Of a stretch of 64,000 nt of DNA, positions 24,901-38,139 are shown piece by piece. Source of the DNA: Octopus vulgaris (Eukaryota). The notes beneath the pieces are model-generated. The model made no database searches, was not told the origin of the DNA, and saw nothing but the letters and a program-made list of their open reading frames with translations. Both the position numbers and the translations under genes were made by a program. Location: the NCBI GenBank assembly GCA_951406725.2, contig OX597824.1:94860001-94924000 (forward strand). The letters run 5' to 3'. Each line of letters starts with the position of its first letter. The stretch's first letter is position 1.

Positions 24901-26225
24901 TTTGAGCAAGCGTTTGCACACACATCGACACCCATTTACTAGAAGACAATTAACAGTTAGCTCTGACTATTTCGTTTGAATTATTATTGACTAAAATTTG
25001 CAAGTAGCTTGGCTACTTGACTTAGTGGGGTGGGGCCTGGGGTGGGGCCTCACAATTTCCACTTGGCAATAGCTACCTCCTTGGTATTGCTTTAGTTATT
25101 ATTGATTGCTGGCTGCTTCAAACTGGCTTCCATTTACTAATCAGTTGGGCCTCAAACAAGGTTCACAGTTCGAAATTCTTTACTTTTTTTTCTTTATGAA
25201 TAATTAAATATTTTCATCATCGTTTCATCCTCTCAAATTCATTGAAAATTCTACACTGAATGAAGTTAACATCCACAATTTGGTTTAAGACCCACCACTA
25301 AATGAAAATAAAAATTGAAATGATTCTTCCTCTAAATTTTTTTTAATGCTAATAAATTTACTATGATTAAATTTATTTATTTTAATAAAAGACATCAATT
25401 AAAAAAAAAAAAAAAAACTTGCTAATATTTACATTAACATAGTGATAACAGAAATACAAAATTATCTACAAATGGAAAAAAAAAATACTGCTAAATAATA
25501 ATTAAATAACATTATCAGATATACCCATTAGCTGTGTCATATATTTTGTTAGTAGATTTTTTTTCTTTTTAGATATTTAATCATATGAGTTAATTAGTTT
25601 TATTTTCATTCCAAGCTAGTTTTAGGCAGCTTTGTTTTAACAATTTAGTAGTTCTCTCTCTTTCTCTTTTATCAATGCTACTCTACCCAAGTAGGTATTC
25701 TTATTGTCTGTCTATGTTCTTCCCTTCTGCCTGTCTATTGCAGAAATATATTTTTTGTTCTAAGTATGAAATGTGCACATTTGGTGTCATTCTGTGAATT
25801 TCAGAATTTGACTTAAATCAACTACAATCATCAATCATCAATCATAATGATTTATTCATTCATTCAATCAACAAAGTTACCGCTTCTGTGTACTACACAC
25901 AACACTATATAACAACAACACCACCACTGCTCTTGCAGTTACCGTTTATTCCTAATACCAGTTCTTTGTTTTCTGGTAAACAACCTGTGCTGTTGAAGTT
26001 TTTCCAGTTCTGCATGTTGTGTGCTTGTTGTCTGCTTCGGAACAATCTCTAGATCCAAGATTGATTCTAGAACTACCACACAACAGAATAAAAAGATAGC
26101 TGCTGCTGCTGCTGCTGGATTGCATACAATAGTGTTAGGAGTGGGTGGCGGGTTTTGTTGGCTTGCTGGTATCGAGATTGTGGAAGTCTTGCTTTCTGGC
26201 TTCTTAGATGAGGCTCTAGCCACAC

Positions 26226-26457
26226 TTATTAAATATTATTACTATTACCATTATTATTATTATTATTAAATATTACTATTATTATTATTATCATTATTAT
26301 TATCATATTATTATATTATTATTATCATCATCATTATTATATTATTATTATTATTGTTATTATTATTATTATTATATCATCATCATTATCATCAATAATA
26401 ACAACAGCAACAATAATATAATAATAACAATATAATAATGATGATAATAATAATAAT
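26226..26457. repeat. (ATT)/(ATC) then (AAT) microsatellite
   Basis: Direct inspection. Confidence 0.9.
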
Positions 26458-26708
26458 TTTTTGAGCTTTTGTTTATATAATGAAAGTCAAAAAGAAAAAA
26501 TTTAATTTAATATTATTAGTTTAATAAAAATCAAATCATTTCTTTCCATTTCAAATCAAAAGTGATATTTGACTGTTTATAAAGAGAAATTCTCACACAC
26601 ACACACCACACACACATTCTTACTTTATTGGTTAGATATTTGAAATAAGAATTTATCTAACTGATAAACGACAGAAGTGTTTAAATTGTGGGTGTGGGTA
26701 TGTGACAA

Positions 26709-26746
<38 letters not shown>

Positions 26747-27094
26747 CATTTATCCTTCATGAGTTGTGTTATTTTCCTTTGCCCACAACCTTGGCTAGTT
26801 TCTGTCGTTGGTGGTTATCATGAAACTGTGATTGCTAAGTTGCATCCTCTCAACTTTACCTATAGCAACATTTTCCAATTGCTGCTGTGTTTTGTAAGGT
26901 AGCTAAAATGACGGCATGTTTGTTGAGTAGTTGGCTACGACAAGGCCTTTTATGTCGCTAGAAATAGGCAGCGCACCAAGTCAAAATCACAGTATCAACA
27001 TAATTGCAGTTTAATAGCTTGGAAGAATGAAATTGGGAGTGAAATCAATTTCAAACTCTAATACCGATAATTATGTTACTGCTTAGTTGACATT

Positions 27095-27108
27095 GTTGTC
27101 ATGGCAAC
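27095..27108. promoter_or_regulatory. RFX X-box-like palindrome
   Basis: GTTGTCATGGCAAC matches the X-box consensus; function not shown. Confidence 0.3.
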
Positions 27109-27563
27109 AACTGAAGGCTGTTTGGACTTCAAATTCTGCTTCAGCTAGTAGAGAGAGAGTATCAAGAGTATTTGGTTAGCTTTGCATGCCTATCAAAAAT
27201 CTGTGAGACTTCCATGCTTTCTAATAATAAAACCATCATATTTAAAGAATTACTCTGCTGAATGTTGTGGATGGTGGAAAACCTGTCTGCCATGGTGTTG
27301 CAGTGAATATTTAGAAATATATTTTAATCAAATGTTTCTTTGATTCAGTTATGAATGCAAGATAATTACATAATTACACAAGTAAATTCCTATCTAGGTT
27401 TCATATGGATACCAGCGATCCTCAGTGGACTCTATATGACAAGTTCCATACTCTTTACTACAGTATTTTTTTTTATCTTGGATATTAAAAAAAAAAATTA
27501 CCCTTTACTGGTTGTCAAGTTAGAAATTTAGAACACTATAATAGGGAGCTATTATTTAAATTG

Positions 27564-28133
27564 TTAACCCTTTAGCAGGTATATTTAGGCCATAGCTGGC
27601 CTAAATATTCTGCCTGTTTTATGTTCAAACTGGTCAGGTCCTACTTCTCGCACCTAGCCTACAATGTCATAAAAATAAACAATCATATCATATACAGGAT
27701 AATGTATGATAAATTTGATACAGTCTGAATTACATTTGATAGAGTGATCTGAATACTAAAGGGTCATCAATCGTATTTGTGTTTCACAAAATTTGTTAAT
27801 AACATGTCTTTATAGATTCTTAAGTATTAGTTTGGATTTTATAAAGCTTTAGATTTTATATAAAAGAAAAAAAATCATGATGCAGGTATGGCTGTGTGGT
27901 AAGAAGCTTGCTTCCCAACCACATGGTTCTGGGTTCAGTCCCACTGCTCCTAAGTATTAACCCAATAGAATTTAAACTAGCCAGCTCTGGTCTCTCACAC
28001 TTGCCTTACAATAAAGATAGACAACCACACGATCAAAATCTGAAAGCCATGAGATAATGCATGGTTAATTCAATAAAATATGAATAAATAAACATTGTAT
28101 TTGACAGAGTATTCTCAATGTTAAAAAGGTTAA
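27564..28133 (-). mobile_element. Two MITE family E copies (27564-27765, 27958-28133) plus a SINE A head (27881-27947)
   Basis: ttaaccctttagca start; ends tactaaagggtca and tgttaaaaaggttaa. Confidence 0.7.
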
Positions 28134-28205
28134 TGTGAAATCATGGTTTTGGAGACTTAAGGCCTGTGTTTAATTATCAGTTCAGAAAATTCTCCCAAAA
28201 AACAG

Positions 28206-28240
<35 letters not shown>

Positions 28241-28254
28241 TTAGCAACAATACT

Positions 28255-28652
28255 GGCGTAGGAGTGGCTGTGTAGTAAGTAGCTTGCTTACCAACCACAT
28301 GGCCCTAGGTTCAGTCCCACTGTGTACCACCTTGGGTAAGTGTCCTCTACTGTAGCCTCAGGTTGACCAAAGCCATGCAAGTGGATTTGGTAGCCGGAAA
28401 CCGAAAGAAGCCCGTCGTATTTATATATGCATGTATGTGTTTGTGTGTCTGTTTGTTCCCTCAACATCGCTTGACAACCGATGCAGGTGTGTTTACGTCC
28501 CCGTAACTTAGCAGTTCATCAAAGGAGACCGATATAATAAGCACTATGCTTACAAAGAATATGTCCAGGGGTTGATTTGCTTGACTAAAGGTGGTGCCCC
28601 AGCATGGCCACAGTCAAATAATCTACAACACATGTAAAAGAATAAAAGAATA
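28255..28652 (+). mobile_element. SINE family A, full length
   Basis: Head ggcgtaggagtggctgtgtagtaag to tail gtaaaagaataaaagaat. Confidence 0.88.
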
Positions 28653-29001
28653 ATACCATTAAATCCACGTCGTGATACCATTCTTGTATTCAGCATTCAA
28701 GAAAATGACTGCAAGGAACCACCAAAGATACTCTTGAATTAATTAACGTACACTTGGAATTCCAGCATCAAACTTTATTATATATATTTATTGAGATCCT
28801 TACAAAATGTAAATAGACTTGGTTGACTTGGTAAAATTCTACAAATCACTTTAACCCTGTTGATACCACTTCAACTGAAACTACCCCTAGTTGTTGCTAC
28901 CAATCACTGTAAGCGTATAAACTACAAAACCAGTAATATCCATTATCAAGACTATATCTTTACTATTCTGTTTGCTGGTATTTTCAGTCTGTTATGGACC
29001 A

Positions 29002-29345
29002 TTATTACCTCCACCTTTCAGTCACATTGGCTTGTTCATCCATGGACAAGATATCTCAAGAACCACTGGATGGATTTGGATGAAACTTTCGGGAATGTTT
29101 GGCCTCATGACTGGCACAAACTGATTAGATTTGGGGATCGATCCTGTACTGGACAAGGATTTTGAATTATTTTTTCGGTTTTTTAAACTTAATTTTTGAG
29201 AGCAGTTGGGTTCATCTTTAGTATTCTCATCTGTGAGAGCAGTTGAATTTATTTCAGATATTCTCATTTTGAAAATCACCTCTGACTAATCGTTGAGAGG
29301 ACGTTGGTGTTGCCTTGGCAGAGGTTTGCGCTCTCTGAGTGCCCT
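29002..29345 (+). mobile_element. Helentron-derived (HINE/DINE-like) element
   Basis: ttattacctccacc start with complementary ccttggcagaggt near the 3' end followed by ttgcgctctctgagtgc; internal ggatggatttggatgaaact. Confidence 0.55.
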
Positions 29346-29451
29346 TGCTTTAATTTTTATTTCAGCCTGTAATAGTGTTTACCTCACCAAATAAACAAAT
29401 ATTTTGCTAGTTTTATACAGGGTTTTCCTTCTTTTTCTATTTCTTCATCAG

Positions 29452-29582
29452 AACTCGGCTCTGATTCTGGAAGTGACACAGACCACGTTGCTGGTATGCT
29501 TTTTGGCCTCAAGAGTGATAGTGCAGACAGTGCTGAGAACTATGATTCTGATAAAGACCCTGCTTGGACTCCATTTGCCATG
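29452..29582 (+). CDS. Coding exon 1 of 6 seen (internal, phase 1 to 0): (x)LGSDSGSDTDHVAGMLFGLKSDSADSAENYDSDKDPAWTPFAM
   Basis: Polypyrimidine tract + ttcatcAG acceptor; ATG|GTAAGA donor; open frame continuous with the next exon. Confidence 0.85.
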
Positions 29583-30214
29583 GTAAGATTTCTTTTGTTG
29601 TTGGCTCAGACAATAAGACATAATGAGTGCTGCTGCTTCTTCCTCTCCTCCTACTCCTCCTTCTTCCTCTCCTCCTCCTGTTGACTATTACCATTGTGAT
29701 TTCTTTAAAAGTTAAGTTTTGCACAAAAAAGAAAATTACTTTCCACATTCGTTCACTTCTTAGCACGAAGGTATTTAAATTGTTATTAAAAACTTTTTGG
29801 ACAGTTGTTTCCACCACCTGCATAAATTATGATAATCGTTGTTGTTGTTGTTATCATCACCATTGTCATGGTTTATTATAATGTGTATGAAGTCCAAGAA
29901 ATGAATCATATTCAATATAGAAATTGTGAATAGAAATTAGAAATGGTCCCCCCTCCCTCTCTTCTGTGTTTAGAATAATTATTTATATTTATGAATTTTT
30001 TTTCGTTTTCAAACCAAATGAAATCAACATTTTTAATGTTCTATTGATGCCACTGCAAGTTGGCAGCTGGATGGAAAACATGAATAGAGAGGGAATCCTA
30101 GAGGGCTGATATTATAAGGGAGCAGGTCTGAGCAAAGGGGTGTAATGAGCATTGAATGACGGGAGAAGGATAGACAAGATAATCAGGTGGGTTTAAGTGT
30201 AGGTGGCACAAAAC

Positions 30215-30452
30215 CAACGGGCATTCCATCAGGTACGGCGACAAGGGTTCCAGCCTGTTCATGAAGTTAACATGCACGTGGCTGGGCACCCTACAGACAT
30301 GCATGCCCCAAACATAGTTCTGAGGGAGATTCAGTCTGACACAGTATCTATCATGGTTGGCCCTTTGAAATACAGATATTACTAATTTTTTCCCATCTGC
30401 GTGAATCAGAGCTATGTGAAATATAAGCGTCTTGCTTAAGGATACAACACTC
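30215..30452 (-). mobile_element. SINE family G, diverged
   Basis: Shares ccctttgaaatacag and cttgcttaaggatacaac with 38140-38435. Confidence 0.65.
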
Positions 30453-30454
30453 TA

Positions 30455-31125
30455 CATTATCATCATTGTTTAATGTTATTTTCCATGCTAGCATGGGTTG
30501 GACGGTTTAACCGGGGTCTGGGAAGCCAGAAGGCTGCACCAGGCTCCAGTCTGATCTGGCAATGTTTCTACAGCTGGATGCTCTTCCTAATGCCAACCAC
30601 TCTGTGAGTGTAGTGGGTGCTTTTTATGTGCCACCAGCACAGAGGCCAGATGAGGCTGGCAATGGCTACGATCGGTTGGTGCTTTCTACATGCCACCGGC
30701 ACGGATGCCAGTCAAGGCAGTACTGGCATTGGCCACATTTGGTTGGTGCTTTTTACGTGCCACCTGCACAGATATCACAACTACAATTTCCATTTGATTT
30801 TCATTTTGATGTTGATGTACTTGACTCAATAGGTCTCCTCAAGGGCTGGGGCTGGTTATGCGAAGCTGGTGTAGGATACAGCCATTAACTCACTTTATTT
30901 GCCGGGTCTTCGCAGTCACAGCATATCTCCAGAAGTCTCGGTCTTTTGTCATTGCCTCTCCGAGGCCCAACATTTGAAAGTCATGCTTGACCACCTCGTC
31001 CCATGTCTTCCTGGGTCTACCTCTACCCCAGATTCCTTCAACTGTTTGGGAGTGGCACTTCACACAGCTCTCCTCATCCATCCATAGTGCATTTTCCATA
31101 CCAGCACAAACATCTCTTGCACACC
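30455..31125 (-). mobile_element. RTE-like LINE 3' end (ORF2 C-terminus + 3' UTR)
   Basis: ORF 30890-31099 VEGIWGRGRPRKTWDEVVKHDFQMLGLGEAMTKDRDFWR is the typical RTE C-terminal motif; followed by the family B UTR and (GAT)n tail. Confidence 0.85.
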
Positions 31126-31399
31126 AGATGCAATGCTTCTTCAGAAACCAAATTCACAGCCTCGTGATTGGGAGCCAAATACTCTAACTTCTAACTGGCA
31201 CAAAATCAGCCGACTCTCTGAAGCACAGGCCATTGTGGTCCCTTTAGTTAAGTCCATTCTTGTTACAAGAAATCAGACTAGGCCTGGTTTGAGGATAATT
31301 TCCTTCAGATACTCATAGAAGTTTTAAACAGTCTCACAAGCACAGCTCTTCCTTTTCTGAATCATTCAAAGTATTAGAAGATTTCTTGAAAATATCGCA

Positions 31400-31750
31400 C
31401 CAGCCGTTGCTAGGGCTGCTGACTGGCTCCCATGCCCGTGGCACGTAAAAAGCACCTTTCAAATGAGTGTGGTCTTTGCCAGTGCCGCCGGACTGGCTCC
31501 CGTGCAGGTGGCACGTAAAAAACACCTTTTGAGCATGCTCATTGCCACTACCACCTGACTATCTCCTATGCTGGTGGCACGTAAGAGCACCCACTACACT
31601 TTCGGAGTGGTTGGCGTTAGGAAGGGTATCCAGCTGTAGAAACTTTGCCAGATCAGATTGGAGCTTGGTGCAGCCTTCTGGCTTGCCAGTCCTCAGTCAA
31701 ACCGTCCAACCCATGCCAGCATGCAAAGCGAATGTTAAATGACGATGATA
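31400..31750 (+). mobile_element. RTE-like LINE 3' UTR (family B), inverted relative to the 30455 copy
   Basis: gtggcacgtaaaaagcacc subrepeats and ggcgttaggaagggtatccagctgtagaaac core. Confidence 0.8.
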
Positions 31751-32067
31751 GTAATTTTAACTAAAAAACTGTAAAGTTTGTCAAAAGTAAACCATGTTTC
31801 AGTAGAAAGTTAATCATTCTCTTTTCTCTCTTAAAAAAAAATTTCCATCCAGTGTTTTCCCCTACACACAGTAAACCAGGTTTTCTTTGGTTTAGGACTT
31901 GGGCATCTCTATTTCAATGAAAGAAACTTTGTTGGCTTTAAGTATAGATAATGCTAATGATTGTTAGAAAGGGGGGAAAATATTCGTACAACACTTTGCT
32001 TTTAATTTTATAAATGTTATCATACATTAAAAAAATTTTTTTTTTAAATATCTGCTTTGTATTTTAG

Positions 32068-32177
32068 GAAAAAAAACCAGCCACATTTGATGAAACTGAG
32101 TTTCCTGAGAACAAACCAAAACGGGCTCGGAGTCGTGGACGAGCTAGGGGCAGAATTACCAATAGACTAAACAGTCG
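32068..32177 (+). CDS. Coding exon 2 (phase 0 to 2): EKKPATFDETEFPENKPKRARSRGRARGRITNRLNS(R)
   Basis: tgtattttAG acceptor; CG|GTAGGA donor; phases match both neighbours. Confidence 0.85.
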
Positions 32178-34721
32178 GTAGGACTTTTTTTTTTTGCCCC
32201 TACCTGTTTCATATTTTCCATTCTAGCATTGGATGGATACATTTACGAGTTTACATTCTTGGTTGAGGTGTCTTTAATGGTTGGGTGAGATTTCTAAGCC
32301 AGTTTGTTTTTTTTCAAAAAAGAAAAACTATAAAAAAATTCAGACCGACTAGATTTACTGAGGTAAATAGAAGAAGGTGGTATTTTTACTCTGTGGTAGA
32401 ATGTGAATCTAAGTCCCTTGAGAGAGATCAGATTAATGTCATTTAAAAAAAACCTAAACCTTTTTTTTTTTTTTTTGTTAAGCTTTCTCATTGAGCAAAC
32501 TTTGTTTTGAAGTTACATACAAAAGAGATTGTTTGCAATCTGCAAGTAATTTACATCCCTCAACATATAATATCTTTTCATTATTCTTTTTTTCTATTGT
32601 TTTTTCTTGACAAACGGCCCTTTACTTTCTTACATCTCTTTCAAAGCCCTGAACACTCTCATACTTCTGCGTGCGTGTATGTGCATCTGTGTGTGTCTGG
32701 TTTCCCAGAATACGCATTCTGTGTTTTTCTGCTGGTTCTAATCCAGATGGATTCTGCTGAAATAATTCAAAACATCTTGGACAGTTTTTTTTCTTCTTCT
32801 TTTTCCTCTTTCTCTCAGCATAATGATTTTACATTCCAAATTTACCCCAGAGTTTTTAAAATACCCTTGAAATCATTCTTCCGCAATTGTTGTAATTTTT
32901 GCAGGCAGTTTTTTTTTTTTTGTCTCGGCCTCGCATTTTGGTCACTAACCAAACACACCTCTACTAAATCAACAGACATCACTTTTTTCATCACTATCCA
33001 ACATCAATGATCTGTAATTTATTTCTTCTACATTGTACAATCCGCTCTTTCTCTCTTCTCTTTTACTATTCATGTGATGCCAATGTTTTGCAGTACATAC
33101 ATATATTGGTAGAAGCATGTTTCAAATCCACACTTAAAAAAAAAAAAAATTAGTGAGATAATTATTATTTCACTTCTCTATGGACTCTGCATTTTGCATT
33201 TTTTTTTTTTTTAATATATATATATAAGTAATATATATAAACGATATTATTTATATACAAATTATCACACAAACACATTCTTATCATACTAACTTAAGAT
33301 TCAGTATTTTCTGTTTTACAAACCTTTGTTTTGTAGAAAAGTAGTTTGATGGAAAAAATATTTAAAAAACTGTACAAATTATATTTACTGGCCAATAAAT
33401 TTTATTATTGTGGATGATTTATTTGTTTTGCTTTTTTTTTTTAAAAAAAATTTTTTTGTAAAAGCTTTTGTTGTTAAAAGATTGGACAGATTGATAGAAT
33501 GTTACCTTAAACATAAAAAAAAAGACAGCTCAGTGTTAGTTACAAATCAATAGGGTTTAACCGGTTTAGTAACATTTGATGCAGGAGTTTCAAAGGGTTT
33601 TCATCTATGAAAAGTCAATTTTAATCTAACGTAGCGAGAACCTATATCACCAGTCAACAGATCAAAGCATTTTGATATATTAAAATTGATTGTGGGTAGT
33701 CAGTCTCTTGAGAGGCATTGATTTTTATTAAAATAATTAATATTTCCAGTGCAGCAATTGAATATTATAAATTTCTGAAAATGTTGATGGTTTGGAAAGA
33801 TCTGTGAAAATATTTTGCAGGTGGGCACAGTGGCTCAGTGATTAGGGAAGCTGAGGCTCTTTGTCCAGAGATCATACAAAAGCCTCTTTTTCCAATTTCA
33901 TTTTCATATTAGTTTACAAGTATTTTCCCCATGATATCTTTGATATCAAAAATTTACTAATATTTGCGTCTAGTTTTCAGCTAGAAGACTAATATACCTT
34001 GCATATGAAGCACAAAACAATAGCTGTAGGAAATAAGAAACTTGGGATCTTTTGATCAGAAGTTAAAAACCTCTTCATCTCATGGCCATTGTATTTCATT
34101 AAGAACTCATATCCGGATCCATCCGAAGTTGAACCAGGATTAACTGCTTGGAAGACAACCATACTAATCATATATACAGGTACACAGAGAAACCGTGAAC
34201 TGTGGAAGTCCAGAGCCAACTCCTTGCCCTTCAGTCGCAGATCACCAGTGCCCAACCTGCGGCAAAGCCTACTGAGCACACACTGGACTGATTGGTCACA
34301 ATCGGACACTCTCTGGTCATTGTTGATAATGACGGACAAACTAATTATTTACTTTCTCCAGCCAACTTAACTGACAAATTGTTACCATTCTTAGTTTAAA
34401 GTTGGTTTGCATTAGGATCAGATTTCCCTTCTGGCATCATTGTTTTTGAAGAGGATTTATACAGCCATGTAACCCAGGACAACATGAAGAATGGGATTTA
34501 CAACAATTAAATACCAAAGTAGTTTTTACCTTAAAAAACCCCCAAAGCTTCATGGGACTTTATAAACATCACAGCGACATGAAGTCTCTGCTACCATACA
34601 TATCTTTTCATTTTGAAAATGGAAAGGCATACAACACCACACTGTTGTTAAGACAGATTTCATAGATTAAAATATAATTGATAAGATTTTTAGATATTAT
34701 TATTGGTTTTATACATATATA

Positions 34722-34993
34722 TATCACCGTGACCGACCAGGCTCTTGGGTGTTGCTACACATCGCTGGTCACAATGCGCTTCGCATTGTTTTAGCCTTCA
34801 AATGGCGCCACCCCGCTGGCTAAGCGAGCAGGCCAACAGAAGGAAGAGTGAGAGAAAGTTGTGGCGAAAGAGTACGGCAGGGATCCCCCCCCCCTCCTGC
34901 TGGAGCCTTGTGGAGCTTTAGGTCTGGGAATCGAGACCGAGATCCTACAACTGCGAGTCCGCTGCCCTAACCACTGGGCCATTGCGCCTCCCA
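34722..34993 (-). mobile_element. tRNA-headed SINE family F
   Basis: Minus strand gtggaggcgcaatggcccagtggttagggcag...tcgattcccagacc; second copy at 37018-37225; both sit in TA repeats. Confidence 0.85.
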
Positions 34994-35202
34994 CACACAT
35001 ATATATATAGTGTTTTAGTCAGTAATGTAATTTTCAGTTACCATCTATTTCCTATTAACAGATATATATGTCTAAGGTGTTAACCTCATTATGATATATT
35101 TTACTAACTAAACAAAATTATCATTGCGTTAATTTATTGCTTTCCTGATTATATATATACACACATAGAAAAGAATTATTGAGATCTATTATTATTATTA
35201 AT

Positions 35203-35660
35203 AAAGGTGGTGAGCTGGAAGAACCATTAGGATGCCAAGCAAAATGCTTAGCAGCAGTTCATCACTCCTTGTGTTCTGAGTTCAAATTCCATCACGGTTC
35301 ACTTTACCTTCCATCCTTTTGGGGTTGATAAATTGAGTACCAGTGAAACACTGGGGGTGATGTAATCGACTAGTCCCCTCCCCACAAATTTCAGGCCTTG
35401 TGCCAACAGTAGAAAGGATTATTATTATTAAGGCAATGAGATGGCAGAATCGTAAGCACACTGGACAAAATGCTAAATGGTATTTCGTCTATCTTTACGT
35501 TCTAAGTTCAAATTCCACTGAGGTTGACTTTGCCTTTCATCCTTTTGGGGTTGATAAAATAAATACCAGTTGAGCACTGGGGGGGTCATTGTAATTGAAT
35601 AAGCCCTCTCCCCCAAAATTTCAGGCCTTGTGCCTATAGTAGAAAGAATTATTATTATTA
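35203..35660 (+). mobile_element. Two tandem SINE family C copies
   Basis: Same unit and (ATT)n linkers as 19205-20115. Confidence 0.85.
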
Positions 35661-36330
35661 ACAACATCACTAGTAATGGATTTATTAAAGGGAGCAAGGA
35701 GCTAATTTAAATGCTTTATGGTATCTTGTTTGCTATGTCGTTGAGGGGTTGAACCCCACTTCTCTAAATTAATAATAAGGAACATTAAATATTAGGGACA
35801 TCATATCAATTATAAACCTCCTCAAGAAATCAGTATTTTGATATCGTATTTATTTTATGCTGTTCCTTTATAGAAAGCAAAAATTTTGAGGTAGTTGTTG
35901 TTGTCGTTGCTGCTGTGTTTTTTGTTGTTGTTGTTGTTGTCTAACCCCAGTTCAGATCTGGTTAAGCTAGCATCTGTTCAAAGCTGTTCCTGCCATGATC
36001 ATCCCCCACCCCTTTTTCTTTAATCTCCAGGCATAGTTTATCTAGGACTACATTATCAAGATGCCCTGCCTTTTGTTTTTTTTAAAAATTAATTGTTGTG
36101 ATCTGAGTGAGATTTGCCTGCTATTTCTAACAGGTCCAGTGATCACACAGATTCTCCCTTACAGTACAGTTGTGTTCAAAGGTGGACATTTAATATAACA
36201 AAATCACATGAGCCAATAAGAGTTTTCACTGGCAATTTTGTTTTACTATTATATAAAAATATATTTTCTTGCAACACGGCTTTCGTTGTATTGTTGCTTA
36301 TCCTTTCAAGTCTATAATAATAATAAAAAT

Positions 36331-36484
36331 AATGTTCGTCCTTCGGGTTCGAAGATGACCATAGACATCATTTGGTGGAATTGCTGCTATGAGACCGGAG
36401 GTGGCTGGTGAGGCCTATCCGGGCAAGAAAGCCCCTCCCACAGGTGGGGCAGAAGTGGGTAGGGGCTGTGCTATTGGTGCAGGT
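36331..36484 (-). mobile_element. RTE-clade LINE 3' end with C2H2 zinc finger
   Basis: Minus strand THFCPTCGRGFLARIGLTSHLRSHSSNSTK* (stop at 36368-36370), short 3' UTR and ATT-rich tail. Confidence 0.8.
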
Positions 36485-37017
36485 CTATATAACAATACCA
36501 ACATATGTTGCTATAATTAAGGTGGTGAGTTGGCGGAATTTTTAGAGTATCAAACCAAATGCCTGGCAGTATTTTTGTCCAGTTCTTTGCAATCTGAGTT
36601 CAAATCCCATGGAAGTCAGCATTGCTGTTCATCCTTTCAGGGTACCTACCCCTACCACCTTTTTTTTTTTTTGTATATTGTATTTAGTTTTGTCTCTTTT
36701 GTGTTTTATTTTCAAATTCAGCCAGAATTGGTTTTTACACCTTATAGCTTCCAGAGTTAGTATGTCATAAAGTTAGATTTGCATATTTAATCCTGTATAA
36801 CGTGATACCAAATATAATACAACTTTTAATTTTGGTACCTAAAAATCAGTAATATATTTTATCCTCTCTCTCCCCCCTTTCTCCCCCTCTCTCTCTCCTT
36901 CAGTGTAATACTATATTACGGGTTTGACTCCTATGTTTTTGTCAACTTTCTTGCATTACATATCTGAGATGCTTGAAGTTAATTAGTTATTCCAATTAGA
37001 AAACCAGTCATATATAT

Positions 37018-37225
37018 ATCACCATGACCAACCAGGCTATCAGATGTTGCTACACATCGCTGGTCACAATGCGCTTTGCATTGTTTTAGTCTTCAAATGA
37101 CACCGCCCCCTACCAGAGCCTCGTGGAGCTTTAGATGTTTTCGCTCAATAAACACTCACAACGCCCGGTCTGGGAATCGAAACCACGAGTCCGCTGCCCT
37201 AACCACTGGGCCATTGCACTTCCAC
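37018..37225 (-). mobile_element. SINE family F, internally deleted
   Basis: Matches 34722-34993. Confidence 0.8.
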
Positions 37226-38139
37226 ATATATATATTAAAGGTGGTCTGCATTCTAACACAGGTACAAGGAGAGTGTAGTTGAATATATCCATCCCAATAG
37301 TTAACCCTCTGCTTTTATTGGCCCCAGAAAGATGAAATTATAAAAGCTGCCCTCATTAGGATTTGAACTCAGAATATAAACTGAAGTAAATAAATATTGC
37401 TATGCATTTTGTCTTACACTCTACTGGTTCTACAATTCATTGCCCTTTTGTCAAAATTAATTCTTTCTTTTGACTGCTCATAAGGTTGATTCTGAAGAGA
37501 TAGCATTTCTGGTACCGATTTGAAATAAACTTTATATTCTCAAATATCTGGTGTGTGCTTGAATATGTGCATACACAGCCTCACTAGTGCCAGTACCACA
37601 TAAAACATCATACTCTTAAAAATAGTTGGCGCCAAGAGAAACCATGCCAAAGTAGCTATTGGAACTTGATGCAGTCCTCTGGTTTACCAATTCCTATCAA
37701 AGCATCCGACACATACCAAAATGGAGAACAGATGTTAAATGAGGATGAAAATGATGATGATGATGATGACTGCACTGCGGATATTGGATAATAACTATGA
37801 CATACACACATACACATGCACTTAAAACCAGATCAACCCCGATGAGGCAAACCTACAATTCAAAATCTATGGCTAGCCCATCTTTTTTTAGGAGTCTTTA
37901 GGGTTAAATTCTCTCATGCATTCTTTCTTTATTTCAGACTGTAGGATGAGAAAGATTTGGTTACTATCCATAGCTGACACAGAGGCTCCCTCGTTGGTTC
38001 AAATTATTACTAATGACATCTGCAACATCTCTATATCTATATCTGTTTTCCGTACTGTTGAATAAGTCTGAAAGTGCTTCAACCTCATGCCTGTGTCTGC
38101 AGCATTGATTCTACATCTATCGTCCATACTAGCGGCATT

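Noticed and set aside
25939-26269. Overlapping ORFs on both strands with poly-Ala
   Set aside because: No recognisable domain and no splice partners; poly-Ala comes from a short (GCT)n run
36368-36460. Host C2H2 zinc-finger gene exon
   Set aside because: Single finger followed by a stop, short UTR and simple-repeat tail, typical of an RTE LINE end
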